Assembly (NCBI GenBank): GCA_002104945.1
Contig: MCFH01000019.1
Coordinates: 744,001-808,000 of the forward strand
Direction: 5' to 3'
From: Piromyces finnis finn
Lineage: Eukaryota > Fungi > Neocallimastigomycota
Length of the DNA stretch: 64,000 bases
Position 1 is the first letter of the stretch; every line of letters starts with the position of its first letter. Below the pieces are notes generated by a model that did no database searches, was not told the origin of the DNA, and saw nothing but the letters and a program-made list of their open reading frames with translations. Shown piece by piece: positions 26,266 to 40,319 of this stretch. The position numbers were made by a program, and so were the translations under genes.

Positions 26266-28288
26266 TTATTTATTAGTAACTAAAAAGAAGTTCATAAAGA
26301 AAAAAGAATGATTTGAATATATTATTTTTGAAGTTTTTTTTTTTTTTTTTAAAGCATCACTCTTCATTTCTCATTAGAAATATTTAAAGATGAAGAAAGC
26401 AATAGCTAAAGTTTAGTTATCCATAATACCACCTATCTTTTTTATATAGATGCTTTAAAATTTTAAAACTGATTTAATTTATTTATATTTTAATTTTAAA
26501 TTAAATTATTAATAATATATTAAAATTAATATTGATTTTCTTTTAGTATTATATTTTATTTTATTATTTAGGCATTTTGACTTCATAATCAAAAAAACTT
26601 TTAATTTTTAATTTGTATAATTAAAAAAAAAAAAAAAAAGTAAATAAAAATAAATATTTAAAAATTGAATTAAAAAAAAAAAAAAAAAAGTAAAAGTAAA
26701 CGCAATCAAAAAAAAAAAAAAAAAAATAGTAAAAAATAAGAAAAAAAGAGTTTTAAAAAAGAAATGTTTAAAATTTCTTATTAAAACTATTAAATAGAAA
26801 GTTAAATAGAACAAAATAATTTATAAAGAAAAAGAAAATAAAGAAAACAAAAGAAATTCATTTTTGAAATAAATACACTCATCAATTTAAATCTTTTAAA
26901 AAAAAAAAAAAAAAATTGTTTTTATATATAGAATAAAAACAATAAAATATAAATATTACTTTTATCCTATTTCCTATTACATATAATAATAATTAATAAA
27001 AACATTTTCTTTTTATTAATTTTTCATAAGCATTTGTCACGACAAGTCAAGAAAGAAGAAAAAAAAAAATTCAATAGATTCTCTATTTATATATTATTTT
27101 CTTTTATTATTAACACTTTAATTAAGGAAATATTTCTAAACAAAAATAGTTCAAATAATACCATAGAAATCGATTGATAAGCCAATTGATTAATAATAAA
27201 TCCAATTTATATAAATAGACTTATTTAAAATAATCCATGTATAAAAATGAATTTCAAAATTTAAAATTGTAATTTATTTTTATTTTTAAATAAGTCTCAC
27301 TCCTATATAAATAAAAGTATTTAAATAAATAGAAAACAAAATAATAAATTATAGCAGGAATAGAATAGTTAATAAATTTAAATCAATAAATAACAATAAA
27401 ACATTTCCAATTATTAAAGAAAAGAACCATAGATACAAGTTAAGTCATAATCTAATATAGAAATAACAAAATAATAAAAAACCTTATACATTTTAATTTT
27501 ATAAAGTTAACTTTAATTAAATTAGTTTTTAACAAAAGGTTTTAACCTATAAAAAAAAATAAAAGAAGAAAAAAGATATTTTTAAAACAGACTATCAACA
27601 ATTTTTTAATATTACAATAAAAGAAAAAATAAAGGAAAAGAAAGAAATATTACAAAAAAAAAAAAAAAAAAAAAGTAAAAAGCACTTATAAACTGGAATT
27701 ATAAAGTTAAAAAAAGAGTTTTTTTTCCTTATAAAAAGCAATTTTACATTGAACCACCATTGCTGTTTATTCCTATTTATTAAGGTATTTTATAAATAGA
27801 ATCAAAATTATTAATTTAAATAATTAACATGGATTAAAAAAAAAAAAAAAAGAAATTTAATCAAAAATTATAGAGTAGATAAAAATCATTTATATTTTAA
27901 AAATATTCATTTAAAACATTATAACCACCTATATAAATTTATTAACCCTATTATTTTTTTTTTCTATACATATAAATATCAAGCAGATATCTATTCTATA
28001 TATTCTTTTTTTTTATTATCATAGATCTTTAGTGATTTTTTTTTAATTCCTTTTTTTTTTTTTAAAAAAAAATTATATATAATTTAATCTCATATTCTAT
28101 ACTTTTCTTTTATCATAACAATAATTATTACCGTATCATTACTCATTGATATAAATAAAAGATTTAACAATAATAGTAATATAGTAATACTTTTTTCATC
28201 AAAGTAAACTATTTTATTAGAATATCAAGCAATAATACCAAATTTTCGATTATTATTATTATTATTAATATAACTATACAATATCAAT

Positions 28289-31039
28289 ATGAAACCAATA
28301 AATTTTCCAATTTTTCTTATAGAATATAACCAAAGTAAAACAACAGGATGGGCAAATAGTTATGTTAATGCAGAAAATTTTAAGTTTCTATTTCTAAATA
28401 AAAACCAAGAAGTTAATATTGAGGAAATAAAAGAAAAATGTAATTCTTACGATGATGTTTTTAATTTAATTGCTAGGGAATTTGAAGTTTCATCACACTT
28501 TTTAAAAGATAAACTAAAGGAAATACATGAAAATATTCAAAGTAATCTAGATAAAGTTAATCATATGAAATCAAAAATAGAGGGTACTGAAGATTTTTTA
28601 GATGAATTAAATATAGGTTTAGATAGTAATACTATTAATGGTATTGCCCAAGGAATAAATGAGTCAAAGGACAGTTATAATAATTCATTCCAATCTGTAG
28701 GAGAGGAGGAGGATCCCTTACGTCAAAATAATTTAGAAAATTCATTACCAGCGCATTTAAATAATAATGCATTATGGTCAGTTAGTAGTAATCCTTCAGA
28801 ATCATCCCCCTTAAAAACAAAATTTACACCATCAAATACCAGTATAAAAAAAGCAAAACATCGATATCATGCTTCTGTTTCCAACCCAAATGTACAAAAA
28901 GAATTTTGGAAAAATGCCTTTTACGAAGCAGAACGTAAAAATTTAGAACTTTGTCTTCTCGAAAAGTATGCTTTTAGTCATCGTCGACTTTTGGAAAATA
29001 TTATCAAGGCTATCGAAATTCTTTTCAAATACCATCCTTATCTTTTTTCAACAGTAGATTATATCAATGATACCACCAAGGAAAAAACTTTAAAGGATGG
29101 ACCGTCAGTAACAATAAAAGATGAAAACTCTGAAATTAATACGAAAAGGGTAACTAAAACTAAATTTATTAATCGAGTAGAACAAAACATATGGAAAGAA
29201 CTCTGGCTTCCTAAATCAATGATTAATATTTGTTTATTAAAACTTAGTAAACTGTATGATGAAATTCGTCAATCTGAAAAATTTTATTTAGAAACTCGTG
29301 AAAAGTATATTCATTCTACGACTACTTCAGTTGATGACGAAGCATCAGCAACAAATCATTTTAATGATTTTTATCAACATACCGATTTCAATTCCTCGCA
29401 ATCCAGTCTACAGGGTTTATTGAATAAGAAAAAAAATAAGAAAGATTCGGGTGGTGATGACGATTTGCCTAAAGCTACGCAACAAGAAAATTCGAAAAAG
29501 CCAAAGGTAGATAATAAATCTTTTGTACGTAAATCGATTAAATATTGGATCCATCCTGATTATGTAACAGAAGTCAAGGCCATTATCTTGAGACATTTAC
29601 CTATTTATGTTTTTGGCGATAATCATGATCTTGACCATCCCAAGAATCCTCTTATCTCCTCGGTTTATTATGATAATCATGACTTAGAGTTGTATCATCA
29701 TCGTCTACATAAATCCCATCTTGCCATTGCATTCCGGTATCGTTGGTATGGAGAATTAAAATGGAATCATCAAATGTTAGAGAGTGAATATCAAGCCAAT
29801 CAAGCCATTAATAAAAGTGAAGTTTTTGCCGAAAGGAAGACCCATAAAGAGGATTGGACAGGAGATAATAGTGTTAAGGAAAGATTCTCTATTGATCCTT
29901 CCAAAATCAATGATTTTAATCGTGGCAAATATAAAATTGATGCCACGGACAATATTAATAATATACGTCCATTGAAAAGAAAAGCATCCAAGATGAATAA
30001 CAAAGGTGAAAAACAGAGTGAAGAAGAATATTATAAGGAACAAGAAAAACTATTAGCCAAGGTTGCCTTAGCTCAAGAGATTCAAACAACAATTATTGAA
30101 CGACAATTAAGACCAACCATGCGTACCATTTATAATAGAACGGCTTTTCAATTACCAGATGATCAAAGAGTTCGTGTCTCCCTCGATACAGAATTAACTT
30201 TTGTACGTGAAGATTTAAAGGCAAAGAAGGGAGAATGGAAACGTGATGATGTTGGTATGAATTGGCCATACCGTCATTTAAAAAATACGGAAAAGTATCT
30301 ATTTCCGTATGCTGTATTAGAAGTAAAGTTACAAACCCAATTTGGTCAAGAACCTCCACAATGGATTAATGAACTAACTACAAGTTATTTGGTAGAACCA
30401 GTACCAAAATTTTCTAAATTTATGCATGGTTGTGCTATGCTCATACCCGAAAAAGTCAAAATTAATCCATATTGGTTCTATCGTATGTATGAAGCTGATT
30501 TTAATCTTCGTTCACCACTTAATGTTGCTACCCTTCGTGAAACATCCATGTGTCCTGTAAAGATGCCATGGAATATGAGTACTGTTATTACCAATTTTGA
30601 TATTATATCACCAACATTACGTCGTAGTATCACCTCTCGAAAAAATCGTATTACAAGACCAACACGTCGTGAACCAAAACTTTCATTAGCAAATGAACGA
30701 CTTTTCTTGAAATATTTCAAGCTTGGTATTTTAGTATGTAATGTATCCACAGTAATTTATTACTTTGGCAATCCTGTCTTTGGTGTATCCTATACCTTTG
30801 CAGGTTTAATCTTTATTGCTTTTGGATATTATATTTATCAATGGCGTGAAAAGCGTATTCAACAAAATCCAAACCGACTTCCATTAGATTCTATGCCATC
30901 CCTATATGTTATCGCTAGTGTTTTGGCCACATTATTTATTTTCAATTTAATAAATATTTATACTGGAAGATTTGGTAATTCATATCCTGCCAAATTATAT
31001 CATCTTCAAAATACAAATGTCATTAATCATAGAAATTAA
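28289..31039 (+). CDS. VTC4: vacuolar transporter chaperone polyphosphate polymerase (Vtc4-like): divergent SPX, VTC catalytic domain, DUF202 3-TM region; intronless, 916 aa
   Basis: VRKSIKYWIH, ISSVYYDN, AFRYRWYG, FAERKTHKEDWTGDNSVKERF, YNRTAFQLPDDQRVRVSLDTEL, FPYAVLEVKLQTQFGQEPP, PKFSKFMHGCA, ANERLFL followed by three hydrophobic helices. Confidence 0.93.
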   Translation: MKPINFPIFLIEYNQSKTTGWANSYVNAENFKFLFLNKNQEVNIEEIKEKCNSYDDVFNLIAREFEVSSHFLKDKLKEIHENIQSNLDKVNHMKSKIEGTEDFLDELNIGLDSNTINGIAQGINESKDSYNNSFQSVGEEEDPLRQNNLENSLPAHLNNNALWSVSSNPSESSPLKTKFTPSNTSIKKAKHRYHASVSNPNVQKEFWKNAFYEAERKNLELCLLEKYAFSHRRLLENIIKAIEILFKYHPYLFSTVDYINDTTKEKTLKDGPSVTIKDENSEINTKRVTKTKFINRVEQNIWKELWLPKSMINICLLKLSKLYDEIRQSEKFYLETREKYIHSTTTSVDDEASATNHFNDFYQHTDFNSSQSSLQGLLNKKKNKKDSGGDDDLPKATQQENSKKPKVDNKSFVRKSIKYWIHPDYVTEVKAIILRHLPIYVFGDNHDLDHPKNPLISSVYYDNHDLELYHHRLHKSHLAIAFRYRWYGELKWNHQMLESEYQANQAINKSEVFAERKTHKEDWTGDNSVKERFSIDPSKINDFNRGKYKIDATDNINNIRPLKRKASKMNNKGEKQSEEEYYKEQEKLLAKVALAQEIQTTIIERQLRPTMRTIYNRTAFQLPDDQRVRVSLDTELTFVREDLKAKKGEWKRDDVGMNWPYRHLKNTEKYLFPYAVLEVKLQTQFGQEPPQWINELTTSYLVEPVPKFSKFMHGCAMLIPEKVKINPYWFYRMYEADFNLRSPLNVATLRETSMCPVKMPWNMSTVITNFDIISPTLRRSITSRKNRITRPTRREPKLSLANERLFLKYFKLGILVCNVSTVIYYFGNPVFGVSYTFAGLIFIAFGYYIYQWREKRIQQNPNRLPLDSMPSLYVIASVLATLFIFNLINIYTGRFGNSYPAKLYHLQNTNVINHRN

Positions 31040-31271
31040 AACCAGTAAAAAAAAAAAAAAAAAAAAAAATTTTTATTTTCATTTTTCACTTTTTCATTTT
31101 CTTTACATCTCATCAAGTCATTATATATTTAACTGTTCTATATTAATTAAACTAAATTTTCGAGATAAATAAAACATTTTCATAGTTGTTAAAAAGAATT
31201 TTTTTTTTTTTTTATATTTATTATTTCATTTCAACCTTATCAAAAATCAAAATTGTGTAAATACAATAGTG

Positions 31272-31318
<47 letters not shown>

Positions 31319-32218
31319 AGATTGAAAATATAAAATAATAATAGTAGTGATAAATGATTCATAAAAAAAATATTAATACCTATAAATTTAAATATATAAA
31401 ACTAATACTTTTAGAAATACTTTTAATGCAAATAAAAATAAATAATAATAATAAAAAAAAATTTTAATATATAAAATATAAATAAAATATATTAACTATT
31501 TATACCTTTTTTTATTTATTTATTTATTTTTTTTCTGACTTTTGACTTTTAAACTTTTATCCATTAGTATATATTTATTTGAATAAAAATATAAAAGTTA
31601 ATAAATAATAAAAAATTATTTCAATGATTTTTAATTGTTTACTTGATGGACAATATTTAAAGTTAAGAGATGAATTAAATAAAATGATTTCTTTATTTTT
31701 GAAAATTATAAAGTAATCAATAAAAAGATGGTATTAAAAGGATGTAGTAGTGTCTTCATCATTAAAATGTTTTTAAATTTTTTTTTTTTTTTTACAAAAA
31801 ATGGAATATGATATTTATCCTATTATATATTCTTAAATATTTTAATTAAAAGATAAACTAATGACTATTGTTGTATATCAAAGTATATTATGGTACACTA
31901 GCTTTTTAATGTAATACTAGGATCAAACCAGTTTTAATTAGATTTTTAGAAAACAAACATAAATATGTTCTCTGACACTTTATTCTAAAAAGCCAATTTT
32001 CCTACCATAAACTTTAAAGTTTAATATTCTTATTTTTTATAGAATGAATGAATATTATTGGTGAGAAATTAGAATTACATCAAATGTCAATTTTATAACC
32101 ATTATGGAAAATTTTTAAATATCTTTTTTTTTTTTTTAAAAAAAAAAGAATGCGTATAAAACTATTAAATATTTTCTATCTTTTTTTTTTTTTGATATTT
32201 AATTGATATTGAAAATGA

Positions 32219-32676
<458 letters not shown>

Positions 32677-33206
32677 CATCATCCTTTTTTTGTAAGATTA
32701 TATTTAATAATACAAAAAAAAATATTTTAAAAAATTTAAAATAAAAAAAAAAAGTAGAAATGTGTTTACTTAAACATCCACGGGCCAACTTTTTAATTAA
32801 TTTTAATTTATTGATTTAATAAATAAATAATTATATTTTTATTAAAAGTTTAAATTTTATTTTTTTTTTTTTTTATATTTTTTCATTTTTATTTTTTATT
32901 TTATTAAAGCAATCAAGTTTTGAAATTTCAAAAAATCATTATATAAAAAAAATTTTTTTACATAAAGTATTTATTATTAAATCTTTATAATATAAATTGA
33001 AGATACTAGAAGTAAACCTATTGTTAATATAATATATAACTCGTATTATATCGAAAGAAAAGAAATAAAACAACAAAACAACAAAAAAACTATATTTGGT
33101 TACATTTTTAAAATTTTAAAAATGTATTTGAAATTTCAATTTTAAAAAAAAATTATATGCTTTAATAAAAACTATTGCATTACTATTCTTATTTTATTAA
33201 TTCGAA

Positions 33207-36200
33207 ATGAATGAGACAGGTAGTGTGAATATTTATACAAAAAATAAAATAAACCCATTTAATTATGTAATTGGAAATTTTAAGAATAATAATTTAAAAA
33301 AAAATGTTAATTTTTAAATATATTTTACAATTCTTTTAATATCATCATTTTAGTTAATGATAAAAATAATGCAAGGTAATTCATATTTACCAATATTATT
33401 TCTATATATATATAAAAAATGACCTTTTTTTTTTTAATAAAAATTATTAATTATTTTTTTTATAAATATCAAACATTTTATTTTTCATATTTCTGTTAGT
33501 TCTGAAAATATAAAAGTTTTTGTAAGAGTAAAAGGTCCTTCAAACGATGTCGATTCTTGTTTAAAAATTAACGGAAATACTATTACAGCAGGGGATAGTC
33601 AATTTTTATTCGATTATGTAATAAGACGATGAAATAAACTTATTATTATCATTTCCTTTAAAATATAAAAAATATATATATAATTTTAAATATAAATATA
33701 ATTTAGTTATTATATATATGTATATTTACAATTGTATTCATAATGCTAAATTTTTATTGTTGTTCTATATACTTATTAATTTCAAATAATAATAATAAAA
33801 AAATTCTTTTATTCTTTAAATAGATTGGAGATGGAAATACAACACAGGTAAAAGAAAAATAATTTATAAAAGAGATTAATGCAATAAATTTATCATACTA
33901 ATAGAAATACATTCAAATATATTTTTATAAAATGTATTTCTTTAACTACTTTTATATTAAATAATGATATAAATATAAATATAACAAAACAATAAATTGT
34001 TTAATTTTATTATAATATATATATCTTTATATTTTTAAATTAACATATATACTTTTAAAATTCAAATTAAATTTTGTTTAGGATATGGTATTTCAAATAG
34101 TAGGAATACCTATTGCAACTTCTGTATTAAAAGGTTATAATGGTACAATTTTTGCTTATGGACAAACTGGTACTGGAAAAACATATACTATGCAAGGTCC
34201 TTTTTATTCTCATGAAGATCCTAATTTTGATAATGGTGATGTTTATTCAGAAAAACAATACCTTGGTCTTATACCTAGAATTATATCATATATTTTTGCT
34301 CAGTTATCAAGGGAAGCTGAACGTAATACTAAGGATGATAAAAAATCTTCACCTGTTAAATATCTTTGTCAAGCTTCATACTATGAAATTTATAATGAAC
34401 AAATATTTGATTTATTAACGGAAGGTTCGGATGAACCATTAAATATTCATGGTAAGAATTAAATATTTATTTTACTGTTAATAATAAATTTAGATGAATA
34501 TTCATTTTTTTTAATATATATTTTTTTTTCATTATCGAAATTATATATATATATATATTTAAAAAAAAAGAGGATATTAAACGTGGTGTATTTATTGATC
34601 GATTAACTACAAGAAGTATTAGTACTGCTGAAGAAGCATATAAAATTCTAGAAATTGGTGCTTGGAAAAGAAGTACAGCATCAACTAGGATGAATACACA
34701 AAGTTCTCGTTCCCATTCTGTATTTACTCTTACGCTTCAAAGTAAAATAGAAAAAGATGGTATTACACAAATTCAAGAGTCAAAATTAAATTTAGTTGAT
34801 TTAGCAGGTAAATAAAAATTAAATGACTATATATTATATATAATATATTTAAAATAATAAAACTACAATATTATTTATGTATTATAGGAAGTGAAAGACA
34901 AAAGTTAACAGGAACAACAGGTCAACGTTTATTAGAAGCAAGAAATATTAATAAAAGTTTATCAGCACTTGGTCAAGTTATTCAATCTCTTGTAGATATG
35001 AATAATAATAAGAAGAAAGTTCATGTAGGTTATAGAAACAGTAAATTAACTTTTCTTTTAAAAGATTCATTAGGGTATGTTATAAAAAAGATTTATAAAA
35101 AAAAATAGTTATACAAATTAATAAAATGATTGTCACTTTAAAATTTCTAATTATTTTTAAAATTAAAAAAAAAAATGGCATAATAGTGGTAATTCAAAAA
35201 CATTTTTAATTGCTAATATCAGTCCATCAACATTTTCTTTAGCAGAGACTCTATCAACATTAAGATTTGCTCAATGTACTAAACAAGTAACTAACAAAGC
35301 TGTAGTGAATCAGGTATGAATATATATTAAGATGAAAAACTGGAATATTTAAATAAAATTTTATATATTTATATTAATATAACTCCATATGTAATATGAT
35401 TTAATATTTAAAGAACATCGAAGAAAATATTTGTAATTTAAAAGATCAAATATTTAAATTACAACAAGAAATTAATAAATTTAAAGAAAAGGAAACTAAA
35501 AATATGAATTTTCAAAAATCATCGGAAGAGATTAATATATATGATTTTTTTGAGGAGTGGACAAAAATTCATAGTGATATGGAAAGAAATCAAAAAGAAG
35601 TGGTTAAAAAGTTGGAAACATTAGAAGAAATAAAACAGAACCAAGATAAAATGATTAAATCTTATACAATGATAATTAAAATTCGTGATTCAATGATAGA
35701 ACAATTAAGAAAAAAAGTTGAATCAGGAAAATCTTTACTTATTGAAAAAAAGTTAAATAAAGATGAATCTATGGATCTTCCAGAATATCTCTTTCAATGG
35801 GATAATGAAAATAAATTACTTTTAGATGAAATTCAGGAATTAAAGTTTCTACATAATCAAGATCCTGAGAGGAAAAAGTTAGAAAAAGAAAATTTTATAC
35901 TTCAGAATCAAATTGATCAATTAAAAAAGTGTAAGCTTGAATATGAAAATTATCTTCAACTGAAAACATATTATCAACGTTATATTGGTTTATTAACTAA
36001 TCAGTGGTTTGATTCTCAAAAAGAAAATCAATATTTAAAACAACAATTACAACAATTATCTTATACCCCTAATAATACATTAAAATCAATGAAGCCACCA
36101 TTATATCCTATTGATAAAGAAAATAACTATCCTTTTCAACATTCTAATCAACAACATACTTTTAAATCACTATCGCTATCAAGTTCAAAGGTAAAAATCA

Positions 36201-39120
36201 TTATAATAATAATAAACATAATAATAATAATAATGATAATAATAATATAAATCTAATTTTAATTTTTAACTATAAATATATTTTTTTTACTCTTGTTATG
36301 ATTATATACTTTTTATATTATGAAAAAAAAAAAAGACGTCATATACAAATGAAATTAATATCAATCATAACACCAACTTTTTAATTAATATTAATCCAAC
36401 TTTTAATACTCAAGAACAAAATATTAAGAATTTTGAAGAAAAATTATTAGAATCAGAACAATTTGTGAAAGAATTTAATCAAAATTTAAAGAGTAAAGCA
36501 ATAAATTATCTTTCTAATAGTGCAACACTAATTAAAAATAATAAAAAAATAGAAAAAGATAATAATGATAAAATATCATTGACTAATAGTCCATTTTCTA
36601 TTAATCAAAAACAAAGAAGAGAAACTTTAGCTATTAATGATTTATTTTCAGAAAATGAAAATGTAGAAGATTTAATAAATATGGATGATATTTATGGCAT
36701 CAAAGAAGGTAGTCTAAGTCAAAAGCATGATCTTGATTTTGATAGTTTCGATGGAATTTCATTTAAAAAGCAACGATTTTCCATTGAAACAGAGTTATCT
36801 GATAGTATTTCACCACCTAATAATACATCATTATTAGTAAAACATTCTTCAATTTTGCATCCATCATCTACAAACAATATGAATTTAGATAATACCCAGG
36901 AAACAAAATTAAATTCATTTCTAGACCAAAATGAAAAAGTAATTTCATTAATAGAAGAAGAACAGAAAAAAATATTAAATTCAGATATTGATAATTTACA
37001 TAATGATGATATAAATAATGGAAATTTAATTAAAAATGAAAATAGAGTAGAAAAAGAAGTGTTATCAGATAATGATAATAAAACTAAAAATAAAATTAAA
37101 CAAGAAGAAATGAACATTAAAAATGATGTAATTATATACACAGAACCTTTAAATGATAATAGTGTTGTAGATAAAGAAGAAATTGAAAAAGTATTAACGG
37201 AGCAATTTGTAAAAATCGAAGAAGAACTAAAACGTAAAAATTCAACATTACAAAGTAAAGTTGAGCAATTAGAAAATGATCTTTCTAAAGTAAATGAAAA
37301 GCACAAAGCAATACTAAAAGAAAAAGAATTAGAATCATTAAAGCTTCTTGATCAATATGATAACAAGAGTAAAGAGTTATTAAGTATCATAGAAGAAAAT
37401 AAAACATTGAAGCAAGATTTACAATTTGCTGAGGATAATAAAAAGCAAGTTGAAGAACAACAGGTAAACATTATAATATTGTATTATAATATTGATTAAC
37501 CATGTTTCATCATGATATTAATTGGGGTATTATTTTATTATTATTGTTATTATCCATTATCATTATAAACCATTGTAGTTAATCATTTCTAATTTAAATA
37601 GCAAAATATTAATCCTTGAAAAAGCTTATGAAATAGAAAAGTCTGAAAAAAAGGGGCTAAGTGATAAACTTCAGAAACAACAAGACGAACAAACGAAAAA
37701 TGTAAATAGAAAAATAATTTATAATAGAAATATATGTATATATATGTATATATTTCATTCTATGTAGTTACCAAATAAATAATAATGTTAATATAATATT
37801 ACTTTATATTTTAGAATAATCTCCAACTTGAGCTTCAAGATAAATATAATTTAACTAAAAATGAAAATGTAAGTATATATAGGATATATAATTTTTAATA
37901 TATAATTTGGATGAATATTAATTATCTAAATAATATATAATAAAATAAAATAAAATATTATTATATTAATAAATAAAAAGATTGGACTTCAATTAAAGAT
38001 TGATCAAACGGAGAGTTTAAATGAAGATATGAAAAACGAAATTGACCATATGAAATTATATTTAAAGTCATATAAAGATAAATGTGAAAAATTTGAAGAA
38101 TATGAAATAAAAATGAAAAAAGAAATTGAAAATGTTTTAAATAAAAATATAACTGGTATGGGATTTGATGAACAGTTGAAAGAACTTTTTAATATGTATT
38201 ATCAATATAAAAATGATATTCATTCCAAGGAAGAAGTTAGTAAAAAGGATAAGGAACAAATTAAGGAATTATATGAACAAATTGATAAACTTAAACAAGA
38301 CCATAATCAATTTAAACAAAAAGTAGAAAAAGAAAAATCAAAGTATAAATCAGAGATTTCTAGTCAAATAGAAAATATAGATAAATTAAAACAAGAAATT
38401 AAAGGTAAAAATATTAAATTATTTGAAATGAATAAAGAAAAAGAAAAGCAAGTCCTTCTTTGTCAAGCTTTAGAAAAAAAGATTAAAGATTATGAATTCA
38501 AATTAGAAATTTCAAATTTACGTTATGAAGAAGTTTATAAAAAGATGATTTTAGAAAAATCCGAAAAAATACAACTTATGGAAAAACATAATACCTACAC
38601 TATGGATGAAAAGAAAAAGGATATTATTATTAATAATTTAACATTAGATGTTGAAAAATTAAATAATAAATTAAAAGGTAAACTAAAAAATGAGGATCAA
38701 ATTCAACAAGAAAATCAAAAACTTACTGAACAGCTTCATGAGCTTCAACAACAGATTAATAAACATAATAAAAACTATCAAGATTTGAAGATTCAATTAG
38801 AAGATAAAACCCAGGAATCTCTTCATTATGTAAGAAAAGTAAGGGAATATGAAAAAGAAAGGTTTGAAATATCAAAAAAATTAAATGCTTTAGAAGAATT
38901 AAAAGCAATTCATGAAAAAGATATCGAAGAACTCTCCCAAAAAACAAAGCAATTAAATGATACCCAAAAACTTGCTGAAGAAGCAACTTTAATTGCTTCA
39001 TATAAAGAAAATGAGAAAAATACCATTTTGGTAAGTTTTTTTTTTTTTAAAATTTATGTTCATTTATAAATAATATTGTAGTATAAAATATAAAATAAAA
39101 ATAAAAATTAATCTTTTTTT

Positions 39121-39162
<42 letters not shown>

Positions 39163-39681
39163 TCTATAAAAAAAAATTAGGAATCCTATGAAGAAAATAA
39201 AAAAGTACAAGAAGAAATAATTAAAGAGTATGAAAAAAAATTTACTCAAAAAGAAAAAGAATCATCAAGAGAAGTAAAAGCACTTCGTAATGAAATTCAT
39301 TCATTAAAAGAAGCTAATACAAATGATAAAAACAAGTTAACAAAGGATTATGAAAATAAAATTAAACGTCTTAATTATGAAATTAATTCATTGGAAAAGG
39401 AAAATGAAGCTTTGAAAAATGAAAATCTTAATTTAGTTATGCCAAAGAATCAGAATCAACGTATAAAATATCTTAGAAAAGTAAAAAATAACTATTTATT
39501 AAAAAAAATAAAATTCTCCTTTTTATTTTTAAATAATAAATTAATTTTTCTTTTTATATTATATATATATGTATATATTCATAATTATTAATAGATTAAA
39601 AATGAAAGTGATCACTGGAAGGAGATAGCTTTAAGATTTAGAAGAGAACTTGATAAACGTGGAATTTATATTAAACTATAA
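33207..39681 (+). CDS. KIF15: kinesin-12 (KIF15/Klp2-like): N-terminal motor, long coiled coil, HMMR_C-like tail; ~15 exons, ~1500 aa
   Basis: [31 protein letters not shown] (P-loop), NTQSSRSH (switch I), LVDLAGSER (switch II), [20 protein letters not shown], tail [20 protein letters not shown]. The first two exons (33207-33219, 33354-33375) are inferred from phase compatibility. Confidence 0.85.
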
Positions 39682-40319
39682 TAAACTTTATATTTATAAA
39701 ATATTCTTTTCTATCTATATTTATCATATATATTATATTACTACAAAAATAAAATTAATTATTATTAATTTTTTTATTTTATTTCACTCATTGTTATTTA
39801 AAAATTTTTAATTTATTATACCAAAAAAAGGTATTTATATATTAAATACCTTTTTGATTCCCATTTTACTTTATAAATGATAATTGTATTTATCAAAAAA
39901 AAAATATATATATATTTTAAAAATTTTTAATATCAATAATATAAAAATATATCGAAATAAAATAAATTTATATATTTTTTATTATTTGAAAACATTTTTT
40001 ACATTAGTATTATAAAATTCATAGATAAAACTAATATTATAGTATTAAAAGATAACTATTATACAATTCAGATTTAATTATATTTTATAATAAATTTCTA
40101 TTAATAAAAATACCCTTTTTAATATAATAAAATATATTAAAAATGTGATATAATACTTTAAATTTAATAAATTCATTTATTAATAAATTATTAATGAATC
40201 ATATTTGTATATTATCCAATGAATATTAAATTTTATTAAATTAAAAATCAAATCAAAACAAAATAAAAAATAATTATAAATTTTATTAAAGTTTTTTAAT
40301 AAATTAATTGTAGTGATGA

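Noticed and set aside
26608-26814. Phe/Lys-rich short ORFs in intergenic or intronic DNA (also 11471, 20191, 22544, 22877, 39064, 43752)
   Set aside because: Low-complexity products of homopolymer runs, no recognisable homology or splice support.
39825-39855. Perfect 13-bp hairpin between KIF15 and the helicase as a Helitron end or terminator
   Set aside because: AT-rich stem with two GC pairs, no following CTRR and no Rep domain; such palindromes are expected at this base composition.
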